From positions 588,116 through 652,115 of the forward strand of contig JANLFK010000001.1 in the NCBI GenBank assembly GCA_024655945.1: a DNA stretch of 64,000 nt, in the 5' to 3' direction. The position numbers were made by a program, and so were the translations under genes. Numbering within the stretch: position 1 is the first letter of the stretch; every line of letters starts with the position of its first letter. This stretch comes from Candidatus Zhuqueibacterota bacterium. Lineage in GTDB: Bacteria > Zhuqueibacterota > Zhuqueibacteria > JANLFK01 > Oleimicrobiaceae. Positions 16,798 to 26,460 of the stretch are shown here, one piece after another. The notes under the pieces were generated by a model. The model made no database searches. It was not told where the DNA came from and was given only the letters and a program-made list of their open reading frames with translations.

Positions 16798-18749
16798 GTG
16801 CGAATTGAGAGTACGAGAAGCCCCCGACGTGCCAAACCTTCGGGCTTGGCCTGGGATGGAAGTTACTTGTGGTTGTGCGACATCAGCGAGAACACCGTGT
16901 GGAAGCTTAGCCGAACCGGCCAGGTGGCGGCCAGAATGTTTGTTCCCGGTACTTATCACACTGGTCTGGAATGGGACGGCCATTCTGCGTGGCTGGTGGA
17001 CGGCGAGGCTGAACTCATCTACGAACTGGACGGCTCTGGCAACACTCGGAACTTCTATCTGCCGCCGGGGACCTTTCCCAGGGATATTGCCTGGGACGGC
17101 AGTGATCTTTGGATTGCAGATGCTGACAACGACAGAATCTACAAGTTGAGAGGTCCCATCATGGGGCCTGAGCCGAGGGCTTCGTTCACGGTAACCCCAA
17201 CGTCCGGTTTCCTGGAGACCCTTTTCCTGGTTGACGCTTCCAGTTCACAAGACCAAGTTACTCCCCTCGCGGACCTCGAGGTTCGGTGGGATTGGGAAAA
17301 CGATGGGGCGTACGACACCGAATACTCCAAGGTCAAGACTGCAAACCATCAGTACGCCTCACCGGGAACCAAGACAATTAGGCTTGAGGTCAAGGATACG
17401 GACGGGTATACCGGCACGACAACAAGAAGCGTCTCAGTAAGCGCGAGGGCCCCTCAGGCTTTCAGCCTAGTTTCTCCGCGATCAGGTGATACCGTTAGAA
17501 CGTACCTGCCCTCATTCAAGTGGCGGACCGCGCGAGACGCTGACCCAGGAGATACGGTGCGCTATTTTGTTCAGTATTCGAAAAGCTCCTATTTCTCCAT
17601 CTTCGATACACTCGCAGCAGGCACCGACACCCCTGCTGCCGTACGTGATTCTTTGCAGCAATTACAGAGGTACTATTGGCGGGTGGAAGCGGTGGATCGC
17701 TGGGGAGCAAAGACCCTGAGCTCTCAAAGTTGGAATTTCCTGGTCGCAGACCTCACGCCCCCCTCTTTCACAATCGGTCTCCTGCAGAATCCCATAATCA
17801 CAGAGGATCTCGATCTGTACGCCATCCCCAACGAGACACTGGATCAGCGCGGGGTTCAGTGTACCGCCAACGGGATCCCTGTTCCTATGTCGGAGCTCGA
17901 CGCTGCGCGTCGAATCTATGTTGGTGATTACCAGCTCTCGGGGGAGCGGAAGACTGGTGGTCATCATGAGAGGCAAAGATGCGATATGGGGAAATGAAGG
18001 TGCCGACAGCCTGTCCATCTCGGTGCAGCTAGTCAAAACAGTACAGGGGGGGGACGATCGCTAGTCTCGATGGGGCCTTGCATGCACAGTTCCCCGCTGG
18101 TTGCCTTCCTTACGACGCTTACGTCTTGGTTCTACAAGCGAACCAGGAACCAGGACGGAGGGAAGGCCTCTGTAGAAGGACAATGGAAAGTGACACAGTC
18201 ATCGCCATTGGGACAAGCTACGGAATTGAGCCCGCAGGACTCCGGTTATCCGACTCTGTGCTGTTGGAGGCCAGTTACTCGGAGAGGGCCTTGGCAGACC
18301 TAGATGAGGAGAGACTAGAGCTTGCGATCAGAGAAAGTGACGGCTGGAGATCTCTCGGCGGTGTAGTGGACAAGAAGACTGACAGAGTGACCTTGCTGGT
18401 CGACCAGCTGGGAGAATACCGTCTGCAGTGGAATCAGAAACGTCGGACGTCAGGGAGTTTTCCTTCGCACTTGGTCCTTTTGCCAAACTACCCCAATCCG
18501 TTCAATCCGACCACTACCCTACATTATGGACTGCCTGAGCGATTTTCGGGCTGGGTGGAGCTGGGTATCTACGACGCCGCTGGGCGCGAAGTGTGTTGCC
18601 TGGTGGATGAGCCTCAGAACCCCGGGTATTATTCTGTCGTATGGGACGGGAGGGATAGCTCTGGTCGGCAGGTGCCAAGCGGAGTGTACTGTTGCCGTCT
18701 GCGGGCAAACAGGCTTTCCATTGCAAGAAAGATGATCTTCCTACGCTAA
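16798..18749 (+). pseudogene. T9SS-type surface protein (WDG beta-propeller blades + PKD domain + type-A C-terminal sorting domain), frame-disrupted and lacking an N-terminal signal
   Basis: Frame 1 16798-17997 (GLAWDGSYLWLCD, GLEWDGHSAWLVD, DIAWDGSDLWIAD; PKD-like WDWENDGAYD), switch to frame 2 near 17940-17960, then to frame 0 at the G8 run 18046-18053; frame 0 continues to the sorting domain LLPNYPNPFNPTTTLHY...GVYCCRL ending at 18749. Confidence 0.55.
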
Positions 18750-18778
18750 GTTGCTCAACACAAATGGAGGAATAGCCA

Positions 18779-19459
18779 ATGACAGCCTTCATGCTCAAAC
18801 AGTCGCCTGGACGTGCGGTGTTGATCTGCCTTGTCTGCGTCGTGGCCCTCGCTACCTGCAGCAAAGAGACACCCACGGCACCAAAGAAGGGTCCCGTTAC
18901 ATGGATTGCTGAGGGCTGGAGATACTTCGAGGCGAAGGACTTCGCCGAGGCAGTTAATTGCTTCAGCACTGCACTCAACATGAATCCAAGCGACAGCATC
19001 GCTGCAATCGCGCATTGCGGGTTGGGCTGGAGTCAGGCAAGGCAGCGCGCATACGAGGTAGCTCACAACAATTTCACTTTCTCGGTCCAGAAGGACTCCA
19101 CCACGCCCGGCCCATATGTTGCCGACTCTTACGCCGGCAGGGCTGCAACCTTCTTTCGAATGAACCTCTACAGTGAGGCAATTTCTGACGTGAAGAAGGC
19201 CCTGAGCAGTACCGGCACCTATGAATTCGTTCACGACCGGACAGTGAGATTCACTGACCTTCACTTCTTGATGGCCGAAGCCTACTACCACACTCGTCAG
19301 TACCAAATGGCACAGGAAAAAGTAGACTTCCTTCGTGCCTTGTTTGCTCTTCCTCCGATCAACTGGACTGTAGTCCCCTATATGGTTGATGGTTTGGGGT
19401 ATGGAACTTACCAGGAAGCTCTTCTCAAAGCGATCGAGGGACTTCGGAGCAGAGTGTAG
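18779..19459 (+). CDS. TPR-like repeat lipoprotein
   Basis: ATG at 18779 with GGAGGA upstream; signal peptide with lipobox-like LATCS; helical repeat content; lower GC than flanking genes; TAG stop. Confidence 0.7.
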   Translation: MTAFMLKQSPGRAVLICLVCVVALATCSKETPTAPKKGPVTWIAEGWRYFEAKDFAEAVNCFSTALNMNPSDSIAAIAHCGLGWSQARQRAYEVAHNNFTFSVQKDSTTPGPYVADSYAGRAATFFRMNLYSEAISDVKKALSSTGTYEFVHDRTVRFTDLHFLMAEAYYHTRQYQMAQEKVDFLRALFALPPINWTVVPYMVDGLGYGTYQEALLKAIEGLRSRV

Positions 19460-19843
19460 GTTGTCCTTCCGTAAGTCCAGAAGGGTAAACCCAAACAAGA
19501 CAAGGGGGGAAGGTGAAACGGGACTGGAGGACACAATCGCGGCGTCCGCGGTCACAGTGTGTCCGCGACAAACGGTTCCCCCGCACCTTTTCGATCAACC
19601 TTTGTCGAGCGTCTCGAGTGCGAGATTTGGTCGAGGGAACTCCGTCGGGAAAGGGACCACGTCTGATCGTGACTCAAAGGCCTTGGAATTGAGGCGAATC
19701 CGACCACGAACTAGGTCAACGATCGGAGATGGAGGAGCCCACAAGTGAGAGAACACCAAACTGCGCGTTGTCCGCGGGAATCGGTTTCCACGGTGGGCGC
19801 CCAGAGGACGAAGTCGTCACAACGTAACGTAAAGAGGCAAGCG

Positions 19844-21383
19844 ATGAGAGAACCCAGTGGTCCATTCCGTCTTTTGATCATTTTGCTGGTATTTGTTGGC
19901 ATTGGCGCCCACGCCGGAGAAATCCGCCCCGTGAGCCCGGCCACCGTCCTGGGGCAGGTGGGGGTCGAGTTCGACGTGTATGTGCGTGTGGATCAGGTAA
20001 GCAATCTCTTCGGGGTCAGTTTCGTTTTGACCTTGGACAACGGCTATCTGGAGGCGATTTCCGAAAACCCCGAGTCCTTCATGGGCAGTGACGTGGTATT
20101 TTTGGGCCAGCACAATAATGCCGCCGGCACAGTGGCCATCGGGATTTCCCGCAAAGCTGGGCAGGGAGGCGTCAGCGGCACAGGCAATGTCGCACGGGTG
20201 CGAGAGTTGTGCAAGGGGCCACGCAGGACAGAGTCCTCCGGTTCGGGCTCGCCTCCGTGGAAGCCATCGACCCCTTGGGCGCGTCGATTGTGCTCGCTCC
20301 AGGTGAAGCCACGACTACGCTGTCCAGGTTGGTCACGGTGTGGCCGGGCGATGCTGATGATAACGGCACTGTGAACATCTTCGACATTAACCCGATCGTT
20401 GCCAATCACTGGGGCCGGACGGGGCCGCAGCGGCCCAATGCCTCTGTAAACTGGACGGGCCAGGTATGCCCACCATGGACACCGCCTGACGCAACCTACC
20501 CGACACTAACGGCGACGGCCTGGTGAGCATTTTCGACATTAATGCCGTACCGGTCAACTTCGGCAAGACTCACCCCGGAACCGCCGGGGCCCCACTCCCG
20601 ACACCGGTGGAACCCCAGGTCGTTGCGCTTGGCAAGGAAAGCGGGGTCACCTCACCGCCCATCGCGGCAAAGGGCCCGCAGCAGGTAGACAAGAACCAGG
20701 AATTCTGGGTAGACATCGAGGTTGGAGCCTTAGGCAATCCCGTCACCAACCTCAAGGTGGTCTCTTTCGAACTGACCTACACGAACACTGCCATAGTTGA
20801 CTACCTCAGTTACGAGGTGGGACCTTTCTTGACGGGCGCGATAGCAACCGTGATTCCGGATGACCCCAACGGGAAGGTAAGCGCGTCGGTCTATCGAACC
20901 ACTGGCAGCAACTCCGGCTACGGGGTAGTCTTGCGGCTGAAGTTTCGCACAAGCGCACAGGCCGCAGCGGGGCAGACGGTAAGCTTTGCCTTCGCCCAGG
21001 TGCTAGCCAACAGGGAGGACGGTAGCGTTCAGCCCTTGTCGCCCATTGGTCAGGTGGTCACCATTCAACCTGGCAGCGGCATACGCGCTGACGACTTCAC
21101 GCCCACAGAGTTCGAGCTGGTGCAGAACTACCCCAACCCCTTCAATCCTGGGACGGTCATAGAGTACCGTCTCCCGCAGGCCAGCAGGGTGACGCTGCAA
21201 GTGTACAACTTGGCTGGAGTAAAGGTGGCCTCGCTGCGGGACGGGATGGAGAGTGCGGGTCGTCATTCGGTGGTCTGGGATGGCCGCGACGAAATGGGCA
21301 GGCCTGTTGCAGCGGGGGTATACATGTGCAGGCTGGTGGCCGGAACCTACGACAAGACCATCAGAATGCTGCTGCTCAGGTAG
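19844..21383 (+). pseudogene. cohesin-like / dockerin-like / cohesin-like protein with T9SS type-A sorting domain, carrying two frame disruptions
   Basis: ATG at 19844 (AAAGAGG upstream), signal MREPSGPFRLLIILLVFVGIGAHA; cohesin-like VSFVLTLDNGYLEAI; dockerin repeats GDADDNGTVNIFDINPIV (frame 1) and DTNGDGLVSIFDINAVPV (frame 0); second cohesin-like VVSFELTYTNTAIVDYL; C-terminus LVQNYPNPFNPGTVIEY...GVYMCRL. Reading requires frame 2 -> 1 -> 0. Confidence 0.55.
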
Positions 21384-21420
21384 ACTTGCCCGCAGGGGTA
21401 AGGCATAACTAACCAAATCG

Positions 21421-21460
21421 CGAGCGCCCTGGGGCAAATGCCTCAGGGCGCTCTGCCTTG
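21421..21460. terminator. bidirectional hairpin between convergent genes
   Basis: GAGCGCCCTG...CAGGGCGCTC 10-bp stem (with extra inner pairs) followed by T-containing tails on both strands. Confidence 0.4.
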
Positions 21461-21682
21461 TGTATCGCAGCAAAGCGCGAACGTATGGTCCCCCGTCTCC
21501 AGTCCTTGGGCCGGACGTCGAGCTCGGGCGCTCAGGCCGTTACACGGTCTGTATTATCAGGAGACGGGGCGGTCTCGTTTTGCCCAGGAGGATCAAGGTA
21601 GCCGCCCAGCCACGAGGGCCCACAGCCCTCAACAAGGCACGCCACACCCTTCGTCCCGGGAATCCCACGCCGTCCGCACGCC

Positions 21683-23850
21683 TCACCACCCCACCTCCGC
21701 CACCGCCCGCCAGTGCCGGCCGGGCATGGGGTAGCCGGCGGCCACCTGGTACTGCACGTCGAAGAGGTTGTCCATTCCTGCCCGGAGGTGCCAGGTCACG
21801 CCCCAGAAGGGCACGCGCACGCCCACATTGGCATCGGCCACCGTGTGCGCAGGAAGGCGCCGCGTGTTGGCTTCGTCCGTGTAGCGCGACCCCACATAGG
21901 AGGCAGTGACATGGCCGTAGAACGGGCGACCCTGAAAACCAGCCCGCAACGAGGCCATGTGTTCCGGCCGGTAGATGAGCCGCTTGCCCTGAAGACCAGG
22001 TATGCCACCAGTATCTACCGCCCGCAGATGGCTGTAGTTCGCCTCAAGGATGAGGCGCTGCGCAAACCCCTCCCACTTGAGCCGCAGCTCCTGCCCCGTA
22101 ATCTCCGCCCTGCTCACATTGGCAGGCGACCACTTGTAACTCAGCGGGTCCATCCCCCAGACGATGAGGTCGCGGGCCCAGCGTCGGTACAAGCTGAGCT
22201 CGCCGTGCACGCGTCCGGCAGCCGGCACCCTCACGCTCAGCCCACCATCAATTTCCGTGGTCCGTTCCGGCTTCAGGTTGGGATTGCCCACGGTAAAGGC
22301 GTCCTCCGGCCAGTAGAGGTCGTTGAATGTCGGTGCGCGGAAGGAGCCACCCACATTGCCGCGTATCGCTACGTGGCTGTGCCGCACCCTGCTCAAAATT
22401 ATCCCCACCTTCGGACTGGTGACGAAACCAACCCCCTCGTAGTGGTCGATGCGCGCCGTCGGCAGAAGGTTGGCCTGCCACTCGGGGCGACCGAGCAAGC
22501 CTTTCCAGGCGGCATCGGCCTGGGCAAAGGCGCCGAAAGACTCCCGCGCGTGGGTACCCAACGAGGTACCTCGCGAGCGCTCGTTCAGATAGCTGGCCCC
22601 CAGGGACAGCACCTTGTCCTGTGCCAAGGGCAGGTCACCCTGCAAAGAGGCACCGGCGCTGACGCCTTTGTTGTCGGCATTCGACGGCCAGAAGGGATTG
22701 GGGTCAACATAGCGGGTGGCGAGCTCGTGCCGGAACCCTGTCGCCTGTACGTGCACCTTGCCGCCGAGGCTCGTCTCCACACCCAGCTGCACGCGGCGGC
22801 TGTCGTCGGTCTGCTTTGCCTCGGGACTCGGAAAGGCCAAGGATCCAGGCGCACCCCGCTCGGCATGGGACCACTCGCCGGAAAGGGTGAGGCGTGTGAG
22901 TGGAGAAGACTGCCAGCTCACCTTGCCGAAGAGTTCATCCATGGCAAACGAATTGTTGATGCGCCTGCTCTCCCTTTCCCTGTCCGTGGCTGGGTCCTTG
23001 GTGCGGTAAATAAAGTCGCCGTCGCTGCGGGCGCGGCTTGCGGCCACCAGCAGGCCGACATCGCCCTGCTGGTGACTTGCGCCAAAGTGCGCCGAGCGGC
23101 TGCCCCAAGAGCCCATGCCCGTGGCAAGCGACAGCTGAGGCCTCACTCCTCCCCGCGGCGCGCGTGTGATGATGTTCACCACGCCGGCGGCGGCATCCGC
23201 CCCATAGAGCGAGGAGAGCCCGCTACGCACAAATTCAATGCGCTCCACCGCAGTGAGCGGCAGCAGGCCGAGATCGTACCCCCCGGCTAACGGCGAATTG
23301 AGGCGCGCGCCATCCCAGAGGATGAGCACCTGTTCCGCCGAGGAGCCGCGCACCGACAGCGACTTCATGGCCGCATCCGAGCCATAGCTTTTCACAAAGG
23401 CCCCGGCCACAGGCCGCAAGGCATCAGCCACGGTGCTGCCGTTGACCATCTCTATGTCCGCGGCGGAGACCACCTCCGCCGACACGGGCAACTCCCAGCT
23501 CAGCGATCTGCCACGCTTGCCGGTGACCATCACTTCCTCAAGTTCAATGATGGTCGGCACCAGGCGCACGGACACCTGTTGGGCGCCGCGATCCGCAACG
23601 CGGAGCGTGAGCAGCTGCGGCGCATAGCCCATGTAGGAAACGCGAAGCTGGTACGTTCCTGCCCGCAGCTTGGGAAGCACGAAACGGCCCATTTCGTCGG
23701 TGGCGGCGCCCTGCCCGCCTGGCATAACACTGACGTTGGCGCCGGCGAGCGGTTTGCCGGTGGTGTGGTCCACCACCAGGCCGGTCACTTGCGCAAGGGC
23801 ACTCGAACAAAGGACCGCCACACAGAGGAGCGTCAGGAAAAGCGTCTTTT
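21683..23850 (-). CDS. btuB: TonB-dependent receptor (CarboxypepD_reg-like + plug + beta-barrel), probably cobalamin receptor BtuB-like
   Basis: ATG at 23850 with GGGAGG upstream; signal MKTQKTLFLTLLCVAVLCSSALAQ; plug motifs, C-terminal aromatic AVAEVGW; lies downstream of a cobalamin riboswitch. The btuB assignment is by context. Confidence 0.8.
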
Positions 23851-24421
23851 GCGTCTTCATCTTCGCCTCCCGTGGAACCCGGTTCACTGCTGTCTCTCTC
23901 CTACCTAACACTCCGATGGCCGCCGGCACCAGCAGCGCAAAGATTGCGGTGTTGACGGCGGCGTGGGTCAGGTAGAACACCGCCCCATAGGCGTAGGCTC
24001 CGAGCAAAGCCGGGAGGGTGAGCCGGGTCATCACGAGAAAGCCCACCGTGGTGAGAAAGTCGAAGGTCACCGTGAGGATGAAGCCGCTGGCCGCTAAAAC
24101 CAGCACTTGTGGCCAGTGGATTTTGTGCCGCCGCGCCCTCCTGCCGATCAGCCCCCCCACAAACCCCGCCAGGCCCATCCCCAAGACCTGGCTGACCAGC
24201 AGAGTGACAGAGGAGATGCCGTAGGGGTTGATGGCCGCGTAGAGAAGCTCGCCGACCATGGCCGTGGCCAGTCCTCGCCCGGCACCAAGGAAGGCGCCGG
24301 CGACAAAGGCAGTGGCGGTCACCAGCTCCACGTTGGGCACGCTGCTGAGCAGGTAGCCCAAGGCGACCATCAACCCGGCGAACATGGCCATGCTGGCCAA
24401 AGAAACGGTGCCCGGTCTCAC
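23851..24421 (-). CDS. ECF-transporter S-component-like small membrane protein (possibly cobalamin-specific); 3' end undefined
   Basis: Hydrophobic multi-TM translation MAMFAGLMVALGYLL...LLVPAAIGVLGRR; GTG at 24421 with GAGGAGGAA upstream (alternative ATG 24391); no stop codon before the btuB start, same frame. Confidence 0.55.
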
Positions 24422-24478
24422 GACCTCATTCCTCCTCTGCCATGCGCGAGCACTCCACCACGCGGCGGGCGGCGCCAA

Positions 24479-24514
24479 CAAAAAAACCCTGGCCTCCTCA
24501 AACAGACCAGGGTT
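24479..24514 (-). terminator. intrinsic terminator / riboswitch expression-platform hairpin
   Basis: Minus strand AACCCTGG-14 nt loop-CCAGGGTT followed by TTTTTTT; sits between the riboswitch aptamer and the RBS. Confidence 0.5.
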
Positions 24515-24569
24515 CGCACGTCGCGCACGCTACGCACCGACACCTCACCCGCGGAGGCTCACACGGTGA

Positions 24570-24760
24570 TACCGACTCCGGCAGGTTTCCTGGCTCTCCC
24601 GACCCTGGTCGCCTTCCCATCCAAGCTGCGGACAGTGGCACCGTTGACCAGGGCACCGGCGCATCGACTCATGCGCCCGGGATCACAGTAGCGGGGCTGC
24701 GACGGACTTGCACCGTCTTCCCTTTTCCTCCCCGGCGGGGAGCACCGGAATCTACGCCCA
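24570..24760 (-). promoter_or_regulatory. cobalamin (AdoCbl) riboswitch
   Basis: Minus strand reads AAGGGAAGACGGTGCAAGTCCGTCGCAGCCCCGCTACTGTGA ... GCCACTG ... GGGAAGGC ... AGCCAGGAAACCTGCC, matching the conserved core and B12 box of the cobalamin riboswitch family. Confidence 0.8.
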
Positions 24761-24783
24761 TATCGCCAAAGAGCGACGGTGCA

Positions 24784-24812
24784 AATATAGCACAGCGCGA
24801 AGGCAATTGCAA
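24784..24812 (-). promoter_or_regulatory. sigma-70-like promoter for the riboswitch operon (TTGCAA-17-TATATT)
   Basis: Minus strand TTGCAA (plus 24807-24812), 17-nt spacer, TATATT (plus 24784-24789), about 25 nt upstream of the aptamer. Confidence 0.45.
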
Positions 24813-24936
24813 GGAAAAAATGCTCACGGGCAAGGTTTCCGCGGAAAATTTGTAGCGGCCCGCCAGTTGGAACTTTTCCCTCTCTGAGGAAGTCTGACCA
24901 GCGTCAACGCGTTCGCACAAGTCTGAGGAGGTGGAC

Positions 24937-26412
24937 GTGAAGACGCGCGCAAGAATTTGGCTGGCAACGGTCGTGGTAGGCAGTCTGCTTTCCTGTTCTC
25001 CGAGTCACAGGACTTCCCTGCAGAGCAAGATCGACGAGTACATGCGCCGCATGACTGCCCGCGGGTTTTCCGGGGCGCTCTTGGTGGCCAAAGAGGGCAA
25101 AATCATTTTGGCCAAAGGCTACGGGCTGAGCGATCGCCAACGGGGCGTCCCTGTCACTGCCGCGACGGTCTTCACCGTGGGGTCCATCACCAAGCAGTTC
25201 ACGGCCACGGCCATCCTCAAACTTCAGCAGATGGGGAAGCTGAACGTGCACGATCCCATCACCCGCTTCTTCCCGGATGTCCCGCTGGACAAAGCGGACA
25301 TCACCCTCCATCACCTGCTCACCCACACGGCCGGCTTCCCTGGCGCCATCGGCGACGATTTTGAGCCCATCGGCCGCCAGGAGTTCGTGGCCCTTGCCAT
25401 GCGCACGCCCCTCCTCTTCGCCCCCGGGGAACGATACCACTACTCCAATGTCGGCTACAGCCTGCTGGGGGCGATCATCGAGGAGCTCACAGGGCGACCG
25501 TATGAGCGCTTCCTGCACGAGCACCTTTTCGCACCAGCGGGCATGGCGGAAACCGGCTATGTGCTTCCCTCCTGGAAGGAAGGGCAATTGGCGCACGGGT
25601 ACCGCGGCGCCCGCGATTGGGGAACCCTGCGCGACCATCCGTGGGGCAGCGACGGCCCCTACTGGCACCTGCGCGCGAACGGCGGTATCCTCTCCACGGT
25701 CGGTGACCTTTACAAGTGGCACCTGGCCCTCGAGAGTGACTGCATTCTGCCCGATAGCCTGCGCGCGCTTCTCTCCCACCCTTTCGTGCGCGAAGGCCCT
25801 GATGCCGACTCCTTCTACGGCTACGGCTGGTCGATTTCCACAACGCCCAGGGGAACACGGCTTGTGGCCCACAGTGGCGGCAACGGCATCTTCTCTGCGG
25901 ACTTGCTGCGTTTTCTCGATGAGGGGGTGGCCATCATCTGTCTGGCGAACGGGGCCGGCAAACCGGCCTGGCAGGTGAGCCAGTCGGTGGCACGCATCGT
26001 GTTTGGCGAGCGATATGAGCTGCCCCCGGAGAAGACCGAACTCCTGGATCTTGCCACGCTGGCCAGCTCGCCCATGGGGGCTCACGCCATGGCGCTCTTG
26101 GAAATCCTGGCCCGGGGAGATACCGGCGCCGCCGCCCGAAACTTGAGCGTGCATTTCGCGGAATCCTACTGCCAGCCGGAGAGGCGACAGCGCCTGCTGG
26201 CCTTTGTGCAGCGCGTCGGCAGCAGACAGGCGCCCTTGCGTCTTGTCAAAGCAGAGAAAGTCGGCCCCGCCACCCTCGAGTTCACCGCCCAGTCAGAAAA
26301 GACGGGCGACTGGTGGCTGCTCACGATAGATTTCGAGGAGCAAGCTCCCCACCGCATCGCCGGCATACGGATGCAGGACACGGTGCCGCCAGAAGGCCAG
26401 GAGGAACAGTAA
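24937..26412 (+). CDS. serine hydrolase, beta-lactamase/PBP-like family lipoprotein
   Basis: SxxK motif SITK, YSN motif, HSGG; lipobox LLSC; GTG at 24937 six nt after GGAG (track start 24931). Confidence 0.85.
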   Translation: MKTRARIWLATVVVGSLLSCSPSHRTSLQSKIDEYMRRMTARGFSGALLVAKEGKIILAKGYGLSDRQRGVPVTAATVFTVGSITKQFTATAILKLQQMGKLNVHDPITRFFPDVPLDKADITLHHLLTHTAGFPGAIGDDFEPIGRQEFVALAMRTPLLFAPGERYHYSNVGYSLLGAIIEELTGRPYERFLHEHLFAPAGMAETGYVLPSWKEGQLAHGYRGARDWGTLRDHPWGSDGPYWHLRANGGILSTVGDLYKWHLALESDCILPDSLRALLSHPFVREGPDADSFYGYGWSISTTPRGTRLVAHSGGNGIFSADLLRFLDEGVAIICLANGAGKPAWQVSQSVARIVFGERYELPPEKTELLDLATLASSPMGAHAMALLEILARGDTGAAARNLSVHFAESYCQPERRQRLLAFVQRVGSRQAPLRLVKAEKVGPATLEFTAQSEKTGDWWLLTIDFEEQAPHRIAGIRMQDTVPPEGQEEQ

Positions 26413-26460
26413 GGCGAGCGCGCACGCAGGGTCGCGTCGCTCCTGGCCTTGGGCCTGGGC

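Noticed and set aside
21713-23290. 525-aa plus-strand ORF
   Set aside because: Antisense to the TonB-dependent receptor; no motifs; shadow ORF. The same reasoning applies to 2772-3836, 6157-7200, 42770-43735, 43853-45610, 47916-48863, 55584-56783, 59304-60161 and 60782-61879.
21683-24481. 932-aa ORF as one protein
   Set aside because: It contains an internal RBS, ATG and signal peptide (MKTQKT...) for the TonB-dependent receptor; treated as two genes with a missing or shifted stop between them (see finding).
24904-26154. 416-aa minus-strand ORF
   Set aside because: Antisense to the well-supported beta-lactamase-family gene (SxxK, YSN motifs); Arg/Gly/Ala-rich low-complexity translation typical of a GC-rich shadow ORF.
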